64,000 nt of DNA, from contig CM059432.1 in assembly GCA_030390025.1 (NCBI GenBank), forward strand, positions 8,618,001 through 8,682,000, in the 5' to 3' direction. A program made the position numbers and the translations under genes. Below are positions 37,456 to 51,246 of the stretch, one piece after another; the stretch's first letter is position 1, and every line of letters begins with the position of its first letter. The notes under the pieces were generated by a model. The model saw only the letters and a list, made by a program, of their open reading frames with translations, did not search any database and was not told the DNA's origin. The DNA is from Squalus acanthias. Lineage: Eukaryota.

Positions 37456-39795
37456 ATTGGCTTTGGCTCCCGCCACCAATTCCTAACCTCACCACCAAAT
37501 CCATCCCCCCCTCCCCAGCCACTGTCTCAGGTGAAACTAGATTATTCAATCCTGAGCTTACTTTCTGAGATCCAAACCTCTCCATCACAAAGACCGCCTA
37601 GTTCTACCTTTATAGCGATGCCAGCATCTTCCTCTGCCTCAGCCCATCTGCCGCTGAAACTCTGGTCCGTGCCTTCGTCGCCTCCGGTCTCAACTAAACC
37701 AATGCTCTCCTGGCCGTCCTTCCATACTCCACCCTCCGCTGACTGAGGGAGTCTGTCGTACTGGGACTATTTTCACCGGACCAGAGAAGGGTAAGGGGGG
37801 GGGTGTTTGTATAATGACGAAGCGTTCTGATAAAGTAAGTAGAAAAAGACTATTTCCTCTGGGTGGGGGAGTAGGTGACGAGGAATCAACAATGTAAAAT
37901 TGTCACTGCGGGAGTGAGGAGAGAAGGCGAGAGAAATTATTTTATACAGTTAGCTGTTGGAGCATGGAATGCTTTCCCACAGGGAGTATTTGAGGCAGAG
38001 ACATCTTTTTAAGGGAAAATTAGATAAATATTTGAAGCAACAACAATAACAACAATTTGTATTTATACAGTGCCTTTAACACAGTAAAACATCCCAGGGC
38101 GCTTCACAGGAACGTTATAGAACAAAATTTGACACTGAGCCACCTAAGGAGATATTAGGGCAGGTGACCAAAAGCTTGGTCAATGAGGTAGGTTCGAAGG
38201 AGCGTCTTAAGGAGGAGAGAGAAATAGAGGGGCGGAGAGGTTTAAGGAGGGAATTCCAAAGCTTAGGGCCTAGGCAGCTGAAAGCACGGCTGTCAATAGT
38301 GGAGCGATTAAAATCGGGGATGTGCGAGATTCCTGAACTGGAGGAGCGCAGAGATCTCGGAGGGTTGTGGGGCTGGAGGAGGTTACAGAGATAGGGAGGG
38401 GCGAGGCCATGGAGGGATTTGAAAACAAGGATGAGAATGTTAAAATTGAGTCGTTGCCGGACCTGGAGCCAAGTTAGTTCGGCGAACACAGGGGAGATGG
38501 GTGAACGGGGCTTGGTGCGAGTTAGGACACGGGCAGCAGAGCTTTGGATGAACTGAAGTTTATGGAGCAGAAGATACAGGGCTATGGGGGGCAGTGTAAT
38601 TTTGAATTGCTGTAGGAAATATGGGCTCAATGGCCACCTTCTGGGCAGTGAACGTCTATGCATCTACACATTTAGATAAATGCAAATTCTTTATTTCTTT
38701 AAGTTATTTCTTCATCATGTCAGAAGCGCTCCTACAGACAGAGCTATCAGTAGCACTACACGAGCTCTCTTTTATTATCTGCAAGTGTATCTTGTTGTTA
38801 AAACGACAGCAATTACCTATGAATTATTCAAATAGAGTAACACCTTGAGCTTGCCAAGTTATAAATGCATTCTGAAGAGGGCCGATCTGATTGCAATCTC
38901 CTGCCATGTTGAGGATCAATAACCCCAGATCCTTCCTTATGTGCTTGCTGATGGATGCAATGGAAAGAAGATGAAGTCACAGCCAGTGAATTGCCGAACA
39001 ATTAGCTGTCAGTCATCCTGCCTTGGACAGCAACCTCACATCAGAAAGGAAAATATTCACTTGTTTGTATTAGATTATTCGGACAAAGTGCTCCTTTGCT
39101 GTGCTAGATAAACAAGAAGTCGGCACAACAAATATTGACACTTTAGCATTTTCCAATCAACAGACTAGGCTTTATTAATGTAAAAACATCTTCTCTGCTC
39201 CTTCAGTACTTTTTAATCGCATGCAGTCGGGCATGAGATACAGCCACTGCGAACTCTTGTCAGTATAAATGGAACTGCTGGTAAAGTGACCCACGGGAAG
39301 CAAGGTGAATAGAAAAAGAAGGAAGTGATCTGGCTTCGTCTGCAGTGGATGCTTCCAGTCTCTGAAAATTAAGAGAGGCGCCTGGAACAAGCGAGGGGAA
39401 GGAATATCTGCCCGCCAAATGTCACGGCGGCTGAGCTACTTTTATTCTTAATCCCCAATTGTGCTCCTTCGGCGATTTCATCCTCACCGCCACGTCGTCC
39501 CAGTATTAATATCTTTCAAACAGAAATAATTGTGGACGTCATGCCCTGCGAATTCTAAAATACGAGTAGCTCTCAAAACCAGGCGCTTTCATTCTCTGTT
39601 TTGGAATGCATGATTAGACAGAGAATAACACTTGGCTGGGAGAGTGTCTCAGTGCTGTCACAAAGTTGGACACTGACCACAGGGGATCAGATGTTATCAT
39701 ACACATCAGCGAAGTTCAAAGAGTTTAATATCAATGGAACGCTCGCAGTGGTCCACGGCCAATTTTTAATTCTTCCTGGTAGAACTTTATAATTG

Positions 39796-40270
39796 TGTCA
39801 GCTGTGGCTCAGTGGGTAGCACACTTCGCACTTTGAGTCAGAAGGTTGTGGGTTCAAGTCCCACTCCAGTGACTTGAGCACATAAAATCTAGGCTGACAC
39901 TCCCACTGCCAGTGCTGAGGGAGTGCTGCACTGTCGGAGGTGCCGTCTTTCGGATGAGATGTTAAACCGAGGCCCCGTCTGCCCTCTCAGGTGGACGTCA
40001 AAGATCCCACGGGCACTATTTCGAAGAAGAGCAGGGGAGTTATCCCCGGTGTCCTGGCCAATATTTATCCCTCAACCAACATCACTCAAAACAGATTATC
40101 TGGTCATTATCACATTGCTGCTTGTGGGAGCTTGCTGTGCGTAAATTGGCTGCCGCGTTTCCCATATTTTAACAGTGACTCCCCTTCAAAAGTATTTCAT
40201 TGACTGTAGAGCGTTTTGAGATGTCCGGTGGTCGTGAAAGGCACGATAGAAATGTGAGTCTTTCTTTTTA
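39796..40270 (+). mobile_element. Full-length Deu-domain tRNA-SINE
   Basis: A box TGGCTCAGTGGG, B box, core, tail. Confidence 0.9.
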
Positions 40271-41509
40271 TTGCACAGGAGTGAACTTTTTTAGCTTTTC
40301 CATTATAAATTTAGAGCGTTACCACTGCTAACTGATTCCACCACCCTGGGAGGTTTGTCACTGATGGTAGCCCTGCTCGTTCCTCAACTTTGTACCCAGG
40401 ATGTGGGCGATGCTGGTTAGGCTGCATGCATGGCCCATCATAATTGCCCTGAAAAGGTGATGGTGGGACTCCCCCTTCAATGGTGTGCTCCCACGATGGT
40501 GTTAGGTATGGAATTCTAGAATCTTAGTTTTTTTTATTTGTTCATGGGATGTGGGCATCGCTGGCAAGGCCGCCATTTATTGCCCACCTCTAGTTGCCCT
40601 GGAGAAGGTGGTGGTGAGCCGCATTCTTGAACCGCTGCAGTCCGTGTGGTGAAGGTACTCCCACAGTGCTGTTAGGGAGGGAGTTCCAGGATTTTGACCC
40701 AGCGACGATGAAGGAACGGCTGATGTATTTCGAAGTCAGGATGGTGTGTGACTTGGAGGGGAACTTGGAGGCGGTGGTGTTCCTATGTGTCTGCTGACCT
40801 TGTCCTTCTAGGTGGTAGAGGTCGCGGGTTTGGGAGGTGCTGTCGAAGAGGCCTTGTACCTGGCAACAGCAACAACTTGCATTTATATCGCGCCTCTAAC
40901 ACCGTAAAACGTCCCATGGTACTTCACAGTAGCGTTATCAAACAAAATTTGGTCAATGAGATAGGTTTTAAGGAGCATTGTAAAGAAGGAGAGACGGGTG
41001 GAGACAGTTAGGGAGGGAATTATAGAGCTTAGGGCCTAGGCTGCTCAAGGCATGGCCCTCCAATGGTGGAGCAATGCACAAGAGGCCAGAATTGGAGGTG
41101 CTCAGATATCTCGGGGGGTTGTGGGGCTGGAGGAGGTTACAGAGATAGGGAGGGGCGAGGCCGTGGAGGGATTTGCAAACAAGGACAAGAATTTTTAAAT
41201 CGAGGTATTGCCGGAGTGAAAGCCAATGTAGGTCAGCGACAAAGCAAAGGCAGCCTATGTTCTAATTAGTGTCACTTGGGAGAAGAACTTGTAGGTGACA
41301 CTACTGTTGTCCCTCTTGATGGTAGACTTCATGGGGCTCCAGGATGCTGTTGAAGTAACCTTGGCAAGTTGCAGCAGTGCCTCCTGTAGATAGTAACTAC
41401 CGCAGCCAAAGTGCAGTGGGCGGTGCGGGGTGGGGGGGGGGGGCGTGTGCGGGGGTGTTGTGGGGCGGGAGCGGTGGGGGCGGGGGGGGGGGGTGCGGGG
41501 GGGGATATT

Positions 41510-41865
41510 GAGCTTCTGATCTGCATATTACAAAAAGGATATCGAGGCACTGGAGAAGGTGTAAAAAGGATTTACAAGGATGATACCAGAACTGATAGGT
41601 TACACCTATCAGGAAAGACTGAAAAGACTGGGGCTCTTTTCTCTAGAAAAGAGAAGGCTGAGGGGTGACCTGATAGAGATCATTAAGCTTATGATAGGGT
41701 TTGATAGGGCAGATGTAGAGAAGATGTTTCCACTTGTAGGCGAGACCAGAACAAGGGGCCATAAGTATAAGATAGTCACGAATAAATCTAATAGGGAACT
41801 CAGGACAAACCTCTTTACCCAGAGAGTGGTGAGAATTTAGAACTCGCTACCACAGGGAGTGGGTA
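41510..41865 (+). mobile_element. CR1 fragment
   Basis: YQERLKRLGLFSLEKRRLRGDL. Confidence 0.88.
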
Positions 41866-43152
41866 AAGGACGCCTCCCGTTTCATCCTACCCAATATAGC
41901 GAGCGGCGATCTTCCATCGGAAATGTGCACAAGCTTCTGACCCGCCGTTTTTGGCGCCTTAGGAGGCCGTGTAGTGCCTAAAAAGCGGGCACTACTGTGT
42001 CCAATTTAGCCCCCTATCTCTCTTGTATGTCAGAATTCGTATGGAATGGAATTCATGTCCAAATTCAGGGCGCAATGATGCAGCTCGCCCGGATTCGGCC
42101 CAGTCCAATACTGGGCGTCAGATGTCGCTGGGCTGCAGCGAGGTAAGTCCGGGGGGGGCGGGGGGAGGGGGGTGGGTGTCCTGATCGTGTGGGGGTGGGG
42201 TGTGGTCGGTGGGGCGGGGGGGGGGACGGGATGGGCGGCGGTGGCCCAGGTTATATTTGTGGGGTTCGGAGGAGCACACGTGACACTCCTAGCCCCACAG
42301 CACACATTTAAAACTTACCTTTTCTGGGGCCTGCTTGGCAGTATTTAACCAATTGCATTTGAATGCCTACTTATCTGGTGTAATAACAGCATAATATTCC
42401 ATCTGAATTCTGTCATACAAGAGAGATAATCTTTAGTGTTCGGAATACAGTAGTGCTTTAGTGTTCCCTGCCACAGTATTTGGCCTCAATTACATTAAAC
42501 TGCTATTAGATATTTGAAAGGGGTCTGCGCACTCTTCATCTGCCATAGCCTCCTTTGAACCTCCCAAAAGCAACACGGATTAAATGTACCAGCTTTTGAT
42601 GCACTTTTGCAATGAAAGCAATTGCATTGAAATGTGATTTAAGTTGCTGTTCTTTCAAGAGGTTGTCAAAAGCGTCTCCAAATAACTGCTTGCCTTTTAC
42701 TTACATATTGGCCACTTTGACATATATTACCAAAGATGTCGAAGGATTTTCGCGATTTGAAATTCCACAGGAGCCCCAAGGCAATCTTTCATCTTTGCTG
42801 TGACAGATTGTCATTGAAAACATGGAATCACCTCATTTGGGATACCTGGCTGAGCCTGATCCAAATCAACCCCAACACTATGCAAGAAAGTGGAACTGAG
42901 CCAACAGAATATGTCATCCTCTGTAGTGAATGACTGAGAAATGTCGAGATTTGTCGCATTGAAAAGTCGTAGCAACTGTTTTGTTCCCAGCGCAGTGCGA
43001 AAACAATATAAAATCTTGCCACCCGACATAAGCTTGCTTTTAATTTGATGCAAGTAATAATTAAATGCCTTCCTGGTTCCATCATACGAACTGTTATATT
43101 TGAAAGATGAGGATCTCGCCGTGCAATGATACTTGCCAGTGACACACTGATA

Positions 43153-43890
43153 AAAGAAAGACTTGCATTTCTATAGCGCCTTTCCTGACCTCAGGACGTC
43201 CCAAAGCGCTTTACGGCCAATGAAGTACTTTTGAAGTGTAGTCGCTGTTGTAATGTGGGAAACGCGGCAGCCAATTTGCACACAGCAAGCTCCCACAAAC
43301 AGCAATGTGCTAATGACCAGATCATCTGTTTTTAGTGATGTTGATTGAGGGATATTGGTCGGGGGAGCAGATGATGGTCGGGGGTGGTCCAATGGTGGTC
43401 GGAGGCGGAGTCCGATATTGGTGGTGGGGGGGGTGGGGAACAGACAGATCGCGAGGAGGGGTCTGTTGGGCCTGGAGGTGGGTTTACTGGTCAGCTTCTT
43501 GGGCCTGGAGGAAACACTCCTGCTCCTCCTGTCCCACTAGCAGTGCTGTAAAGGCATTTACCTCACGGATTCAGGCCTTCTCGCCTCCTTTCACATGGCG
43601 GGTTTTAAATGACCAACCCGCCTCCTGACAGCGGATTGGTCGCCCGCCCTTGTCCTGCCTCCGTTAAAATGGCAAGCGGGCAGGTTTGAGGCGGCTTGGG
43701 GTCTTGCTTCAGATTTTTAGCTTCTTAACCTCCCGCCCGAACCAAACCCACCCGATTTGGGGGCTTAAAATTACCCCCAGCATTTCCGACAGTGCAGCGC
43801 TCCCTCAGCACTGCACTGGGAGTGTCAGCCTAGCTTTATGTGCTCAGGTCTCTGGAGTGGGACTTGAACCCACAACCCTCCGACTCAGAG
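43153..43890 (-). mobile_element. Deu-SINE pieces (43153-43357, 43779-43890) around a MITE fragment
   Basis: SINE tail and head separated by a GC-rich MITE ending AAAATTACCCCC. Confidence 0.8.
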
Positions 43891-44349
43891 GGTGCGGCTG
43901 ACTCCTAATTAAACGTCTTCCTGGTGCCGTCGTATAAACCGCTGCAGTTGAAAGATGAGGATCACGCCACGCAATGCTGCTTACTAGTGACACACAAATG
44001 CATCGGGCACACCGATATAATTAAACATCGGGTGTCATTTTCATTCTTGTCATCTGGCAGAGCAGATCGCCGGCTTGCTGCAGAACTTGCTCGATTTTCA
44101 TCTGAGTGTGATCTGGTAATAACAAACTAGAAAAGACTGCAAAGCTTCAAAACATGTGTTCTGTATTCATCAGCCATTTTCGTACTCTGCCTCCAGCTGT
44201 CAATCATTCTCAGATTAGAGAAAACAGTCAGGGAACTTCTTGCACACAACTATGGCTATGAGCTGGCATCAATATTAATTCAGAAACGACAGGTGGAGGA
44301 AATGCAGTGGATATGGTTTATAACAATTTTTAATAAATGATAGAGTACG

Positions 44350-45050
44350 AGACTAGAGAAGCTGGGGTTGCTCTCCTTAGAGCAGAGAAGGTTGAGAGGA
44401 TATTTGATAGAGGTGTTCAAAATCATGACAAGGTAGATAGAGAGAGACTGTTCCCATTGGTGGAAGGGTCGAGAACCAGAGGACACAGATTTAAGGCGAT
44501 TGACAAAAGAACCAAAGGCGACATGAGGAAAAACCTTTTTATGCAGCGAGTGGTTAGGATCTGGAATGCACTGCCTGAAAGGGTGGTGGAGGCAGATTCA
44601 ATCGTGGCTTTCAAAAGGGAATTGGATAAGTACCTGTAGAACTTTGCAGGGCTACGGGGAAAGGGTCGGGGGAGTGGGACTGGCTGAAGTGCTCTTGCAG
44701 AGAGCCGGCACGGGCTCGACGGGCCGAATGGCCTCCTTCTGTACTGTAACCATTCTAAGATTCTATGATACTATGGAATTCAATGTCAGTAAGTACGGGA
44801 TGAGGTAATTTGGCAAAGAAATAACAGGAATTACACTCTGAGAGGAAGTAGGCTCAGTGCTGTGCAAGAGCAGTGGTATTTGGGGAGTACAAGTTCACAG
44901 AATATTATAGGCAGCACCTCAGGTTAATGAGCCTGTTAAAAAAAAAGACTCACGGAATCCTAGGTTTTATCTCAAGAGGCATATAGAATATAAAAGCCAA
45001 GACGTAACGGTGAGCCTATACAAGCCTTATTAAGACCTCAGTTAGAGTAA
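44350..45050 (+). mobile_element. Two CR1 fragments (younger 44350-44772, older 44773-45050)
   Basis: RTRGHRFK...RVVRIWNALP and tail; second piece resembles 10890-11160. Confidence 0.85.
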
Positions 45051-45257
45051 TGGCATTGTAGTTACAGCACAGAAACAGGCCATTTGGCCCAACATGTCCA
45101 CGCCAGTGTTTATGCTCCACACCAGCCTGGGGTGTTGGGGGGAATTTTAGCCCCCAGAAACCGGTGGGTTTGACGTCGGGAGTGAAGTAAAAATGTAAAA
45201 AAATGTTCAAACCCGGCCCAGCCCGTCTCGAACCCGCGCACTTCCAGTTTTAATGGA

Positions 45258-45424
45258 CATGATGTGGAGATGCCGGCGTTGACTGGGGTGGACAAAAATG
45301 GGAAGTCGCACAACACTGGTAGATTGTCTCACAGTAACTCTACCTGAGGAAGGGGCGACAGCTCCGAAAGCTTGTAATTTTAAATAAATCTGTTGGACTA
45401 TAACCTGGTGTTGTGCGACTTCTA
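45258..45424 (+). mobile_element. Short Penelope-type insertion with inverted 5' segment
   Basis: 12-bp TSD AGTTTTAA(T/C)GGA (45246-57, 45425-36); same family as 52813-53911 and 54302-54434. Confidence 0.8.
45341..45376 (+). ncRNA. Minimal type I hammerhead ribozyme
   Basis: TAC-CTGAGGA-A-GGGGC gaca GCTCC-GAAA-GCTT-GTA. Confidence 0.75.
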
Positions 45425-46081
45425 AGTTTTAACGGAGGCGGGATTGGGGGGGGCGGGCAATCAACCAGGAGGCAGGTCGCTCATTTCAATATTTTAATGA
45501 GGCTGCGTGCCTCAGATTCTTTCTCTGTTCCAGCTTACATTACAACAGTGACTACACTTCAAAAGAGCTCTTCAATGGTTGTAAAGCGCTTTGGGATGTA
45601 CTGAGGTCGTGAAAGGTGCAAGTCTTTCTTTTTCTTTAACGCCGGCCGGTCGGTTTTCCCTGGCCTCGGGAAACGTGGCAGCTAAGGGAGGCGAGGACCG
45701 CTGCATGGAACATGTCGGTGCTTTTCCAGCACTGCTTGTGGGCCAGGAGGAACAGGAGTGCTTCCCCCGACCCTCCCCCCAAGCAAACCCTCCTGCGATC
45801 CGATGCACTCCCCATGTCCTCCACGGGCTCGCCATGAGCTTCTCCCCAATCTCCCCAGATCTCTCCGGCACCCCCCACCCCACCCCCATCGATGTCCCCT
45901 CCTTCCCCCGATCTTTCCCCCCCCACCCCCAATCGATGTCCCCTCCCAACCCGCGATCTCTCCGGGGACCCTCATCGATGTTACCCCCCAATCCCTGACC
46001 ACTCCTCCCCTTCTCTCTGCTCCCTGTCTGTGGCCTGGTGCCGCAGGCCTACCCGCCTGACAGCCAACCAGCCTCTTAATT

Positions 46082-46553
46082 GGGTACGGTAGTGTAATGG
46101 TTATGTTACTGGACTAGTAATCCAGAGGCATGGACTAATATTCTGTGAAACATGAATTCAAATCCCACCATGGTAGCTGGGGAAATTTAAATTCAGTTAA
46201 TTAAATAAATCTGGAATAATAAGCTAGTGTCAGTAATGGTGACCATGAAACTACCGGATTGTTGTAAAAACCCATCTGGTTCACTAATGTTCTTTAGGAA
46301 AGGAAACCTGCCGTCCTTGCCTGGTCTGGCCTATCTGTGACTCCAGACCCACAGCAATGTCGGTCGAATCTTAACTGCCCTCTAAAATGACCTAACAAGC
46401 CATTCGGTTGTACCGCTACAACAAAGTCACTGTGGGAGCACCTTCACCACAAGGACTGCAATGATTCAAGAAGGTGGCTCGCCACCACCTTCTCAAGAGG
46501 CAATTAGGGATGGGCAATAAATGCTGGCCTTGCCAGCGATGCCCACATCCCGT
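46082..46553 (+). mobile_element. tRNA-headed SINE sharing its 3' tail with the Zenon-like LINE
   Basis: A box TAGTGTAATGG, B-box-like GAATTCAAATCCC; last ~125 bp match 8015-8137. Confidence 0.7.
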
Positions 46554-46554
46554 A

Positions 46555-48575
46555 AAGGTGGCAAAAACAGGAAGGCAGATTATTATCTGAACGGCAATAG
46601 GTTGGGAAAAGGGGAAGTGCAACGAGACCTGGGTGTCCTTGTGCACCAGCAGGCGGTTAAGAAGGCAAATGGTATGTTGGCCTTCATAGCGAAAGGGTTC
46701 GAGTACAGGAGCAAGGATGTCTTGCTGCAGTTGTACAGGGCCTTGGTGAGACCACACCTTGAGTATTGTGTGCAGTTTTGGTCGCCTTATCTGAGGAAGG
46801 ATGTTCTCGCCATGGAGGGAGTGCAGCGAAGATTCACCAGACTGATACCTGGGATGGCAGGAATGACGTATGAAGAGAGATTGTGTTCGATTAGGCTTAT
46901 ATTCGCTAGAGTTTAGAAGAATGAGAGGGGATCTCATTGAAACTTATAAAATTCAAACAGGACTAGACAGACTAGATACAGGAAGGCTGTTCCCGATGGT
47001 GGGGGAGTCCAGAACCAGGGGTCACAGTCTAAGGATAAGGGGTAAGCCATTTAGGACTGAGATGAGGAGGAATTTCTTCACCCAGAGGGTGGTGAACCTG
47101 TGGAATTCGCTACCACAGAAGGCAGTTGAGGCCAATTCATTAAATATATTCAAGAAGGAGTTGGATATATTTCTTAAGGCTAAGGGGATCAAGGGATATG
47201 GGGAGAAAGCAGGGACAGGGTACTGAATTTGGATGATCAGCCATGATCGCATTGAATGGCGGAGCAGGCTCGAGGGGCCGAATGGCCTACTCCTGCTCCT
47301 ATGTAAACAAATTTTTTTAAAAAATCTGGCATCGGCTGGGAAATGGATTTCCAATATGGTAATCAGGTCCAACTGTTAAATGCGGCAGGAGCTAAGGGAA
47401 ACCAGCTCTTCCGGGTTTCCCAACCGCAAAACTGCCCCCTACCCCACCATAATGTCTGCAGATGCTGCCAATGTAGCAGTAAAGGAGGAGGCAGTAGCGA
47501 TATTGGATAGGATAAAAATAGACAAAGAGGATGTACTCGAAAGGTTGGCCGTCCTCAAAAAAGAAAGGTTACCTGGTTCACATGGGATGTATCCTTGATT
47601 ACTGAGGGAAGTAAGAGTGGGAATTGCAGAGCCCCTGGCCGCAATCTTCCAATTCTCCTTGGATATGGGGTGGGGCCGGAAGACTGGAGGATTGCAAATG
47701 TTACACCCCTGTTCAAAAAAGGGGAGAGGGATAAACCCGGCAACTACAGGAGAAACTGTTTCCAGTGGTAGAAGGGTTGGCAACCAGAGGACACATATTT
47801 AAGCCTTTTTTGGCAAAAGAAGCAGAGGCAACTCGTCATATTATAAAAAGATATAGAGGCACTGGAGAGGGAGCAAAAAGATGCACAAGGATGATACCAA
47901 TGAGGATGAACAGGCTGGGTCTCTTTTCTCTTGAATAAAGAAGGCTGAGGGGTGAGCTAATAGAGGTCTTTAAAATTATGAAAGGTTTTGATAGAGTAGA
48001 CACAGAGCAAATGTTTCCACTTGTGGGGAAGAGCAAAACTAGAGGCCATCAATATAAGATAGTCACCAAGAAATCAGCAAGGGAATTCAGAAGAAAATTC
48101 TTTACCCAGAGAGTGGCAAGAATGTGGAACTCACTACCACAGGGAGTGGTTGAAGCCAATAGTATAGATGCATTTAAGGGATGACTAGATAAGCATATGA
48201 GGGAGAAGGGAATAGAGGGTTATAGATAGAGTTAGATGAGGAAGAATGGGAGGAGGCTCGAGCGGAGCATAAACACTGGCATGGACAGGTTGGGCCGAAT
48301 GGCCTGTTTCTGTGCCGTATATTCTATGTAATCCGATGTAAACATTTTTTTATGCAGCGAGTTGTTATGATCTGGAACGCGCTGCCTGAAAGGGTGGTGG
48401 AAGCAGATTCAACTGTAACTTTCAAAAGAGAATTGGATAAAGACATGAAGTGAAAAAAATGACAGGGCTATTGGGGAAAGAGCAGAGGACTGAGATTAAT
48501 TGGATCGCTCCACCAAAGGCACGATGGGCCGAATGGCCTCCTTTTGCGCTACATCATTCTATGAGTCTATGATTC
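46555..48575 (+). mobile_element. Cluster of CR1 fragments, partly nested
   Basis: 46555-47303 ([16 protein letters not shown]), 47450-47750, and 47836-48340 nested in 47750-48575. Confidence 0.88.
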
Positions 48576-48947
48576 TATTCGGCTCCATACAATAGAAATG
48601 ATATTGAGGCGTTAGAGCAGGTACAATGCAGATTCACAAGTATGGTTGCGCGGAGAACTCCCAATGGATTCCCACCGTCAAAAGGGATCCCGCCAGTGCA
48701 AAGGTCGAGAATCCCAGAGCTGCTGCAGTGGAGATGCCACATTCCCGCCTGATTTTGGGTGGGATTATGTCGGCGAATTATGCCCCCCCCAAACCCTCCC
48801 CCCCCCCCCCCCATAAATTCTATTAAACAGGATTCAGTTATTCAGCAATTTGAAGAAGAGAAATATCATCGAATATGAGGAACAAGCACAAGAGTGGGAT
48901 TCGACTGGGCCAGATGTTTCCGTGTTAAAATATTCAATGATTCTATC

Positions 48948-49050
48948 ACATTACCACCATCCATCACATTAGCATCATTCACCTCATTATCATTAACCAC
49001 CACATTACCACCATCCAGCTCATTACCACCCTCTACCACATCGCCATCTT
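48948..49050. repeat. Degenerate ~17-bp tandem repeat (CACATTACCACCATCCA-like)
   Basis: About six diverged units visible. Confidence 0.6.
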
Positions 49051-50789
49051 CCTTTGAATTGTTGCCTGTTTTTCATTCAGTTCCTTCCCATTAAGTCGAT
49101 TGCAATGTTTTTCCACTATAGATGCTAAGCCAATTTGACAATTCCCGGGGTCATGTTTCTTCCCTTTTTAAAAAATTGGAACGGCGTTAGCTATATTCCA
49201 GTTTTCCAGCATGGCCCATGCATTTAATGAACTGTACAAAATTACAGCCACAGCTCCCCCTACATCTGCCCTCATTTGCTTAAGTATTCCTGAATGCATT
49301 CCATCTGGTTCTGTCTTTTATAAATAATCAAACTTCAATGATTTAATGACCATTTAATTATAATTTCCATTTATCTTGATGACCCACGATGCATTTTTTA
49401 CAATATAGATCTAACAACATTTCCTATTTATGAAATAAAATTTCTGCAGAGCTGTTTTGGTTTTGCACTCATTCACCTCTCTCCCAGGGCCACTTGTTAA
49501 ATATTTTACGTATTTTGTAGGTACCACAAAAAACTTCTTCTCTTCACTCCATTCATCTACCAATATTATCTTATCAAACCAGGTTATCTTTTTAGCAGCT
49601 TTTACCATTTGCCACCATTTAACCCTTTCCCCCATCTTATCGATATTTCTTTGCAGCATCCTTTGATCTTCTGAAGATTTGATTGGCACCCCATGCATCA
49701 CCTTAAACATTCACTCCCTCCACCACCGGCGTACCGTGGCTGCAGTGTGTACCATCTACAAGATGCACTGCAGAAACTCGCCAAGGCTTCTTCGGCAGCA
49801 CCTCCCAAACCCGCGACCTCTTCCACCTAGAAGGACAAGGGCAGCAGGCGCATGGGAACACCACCACCTCCAAGTTCCCTTCCAAGTCACACACCATCCT
49901 GACTTGGAAATATATCGGCCGATCCTTCATCGTCGCTGGGTCAAAATCCTGGAACTCCCTCCCTTAACAGCACTGTGGGAGTACCTTCACCACACGGACT
50001 GCAGCGGTTTTGAAGGCGGCTCACCACCACCTTCTCAAGGACAATTAGGGATGGGCAATAAATGCTGGCCTTGCCAGCGATGCCCACATCACATGAATGT
50101 ATAAAAATTTTAACTTTACTTCTATTTTGGTATCATTTGGCAATTATGCCACCACAGCCTCTAGACTTACACGCAAATCATTGATATACACGATGAACAG
50201 AAATGGAACCATTCTAAACCCACTACTCACATCTTCTGAAAACCTTTCCCTAACTCCCAACCTTTTTTTTCTCCCTTCTAATCAATTTTGAATCCAATTT
50301 TAAATTGCTACACTTCCCCTAATTCAATAACCCTTAATCTTCTATAGTAATCTCCCAAGTGGTGTTGATTGAGGGATAAATATTAGGCAGGACGCTACAT
50401 CCACTGCATTGTCGCCGTCTACCATGTCTGCTGCCTCCGTTGCTGCAGGTCCCTGGCGACGGCCTCCTGCCGCCCAAAATCCTGCACCTGCCCGCCGGGC
50501 CAGGTAGTCATTCCCGCTGGGTTCGGGCGGTAAACTCGCTTCCAGCATGGAAATGAGGGTTCAGGCAGTAGCCCGGATGTGAGCTAGCCACTCGCTTCAG
50601 CTTTCACACACTGCACTCATGGCCCAAGCTCCACAAACAAAGACAATCAGCCATGGGACAAGTCAGCTGCAGGTGACAACCTGACCCACCCCAAAAATAG
50701 TGTTAGAAGGCTAGAAGAAATGATGGTTAAAGAGTTCTTTCTTTTGGGCAAATGGACTGCCGCATCCTCTGAGTGTTTCATTTTTATAT

Positions 50790-51246
50790 AGAATTACATA
50801 GAATATTACAGCACACAAACAGGCCATTCGGCCCAACTGGTCTATGCCGGTATTTAGGCTCCACACAAGCCTCCTCCCACCCTACTTCATCTCACCCCTT
50901 CTATTCCTCTCTCACTCATGTATTTATCTAACTTTCCCTTAACTGCATCTGTGCTATTCGCCTCACCTACTCCCTGTGGTAGCCAGTTCCACATTCTCAC
51001 CACTCTCTGGGTAAAGAAATTTCTCCTGAATTCCCTATTGGATTTATTAGTGACTATCTTATATTTATGCCCCTAGTATTGGACTCCCCCCACAAGTGGA
51101 AACATCTTCTCTATGTCTACCCTATTAAACCCTTTCATAATCTTGACGTCCTCGATCAGGTCACCCCTCAGCCTTCGCTTTTCTATAGAGAAGAGCCCCA
51201 GCCTCTTCAATCTTTCCTAACAGGTAAAACCTCTCAATTCTGGTAT
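50790..51246 (-). mobile_element. CR1 3' fragment
   Basis: Same subfamily as 23385-23690 and 47836-48340. Confidence 0.88.

Larger units (their letters stand above)
35966..37740 (+). mobile_element. Old L2 RT remnant hosting younger insertions
   Basis: TETALSKI...SLLILLSHTAAFDIIDH. Confidence 0.7.

Noticed and set aside
38600..44340. Short ORFs and possible conserved non-coding elements in unique stretches
   Set aside because: No motif support; conservation cannot be judged without alignments
35499..46170. tRNA genes at A/B-box sequences
   Set aside because: They are SINE heads continuing into SINE bodies; no complete cloverleaf
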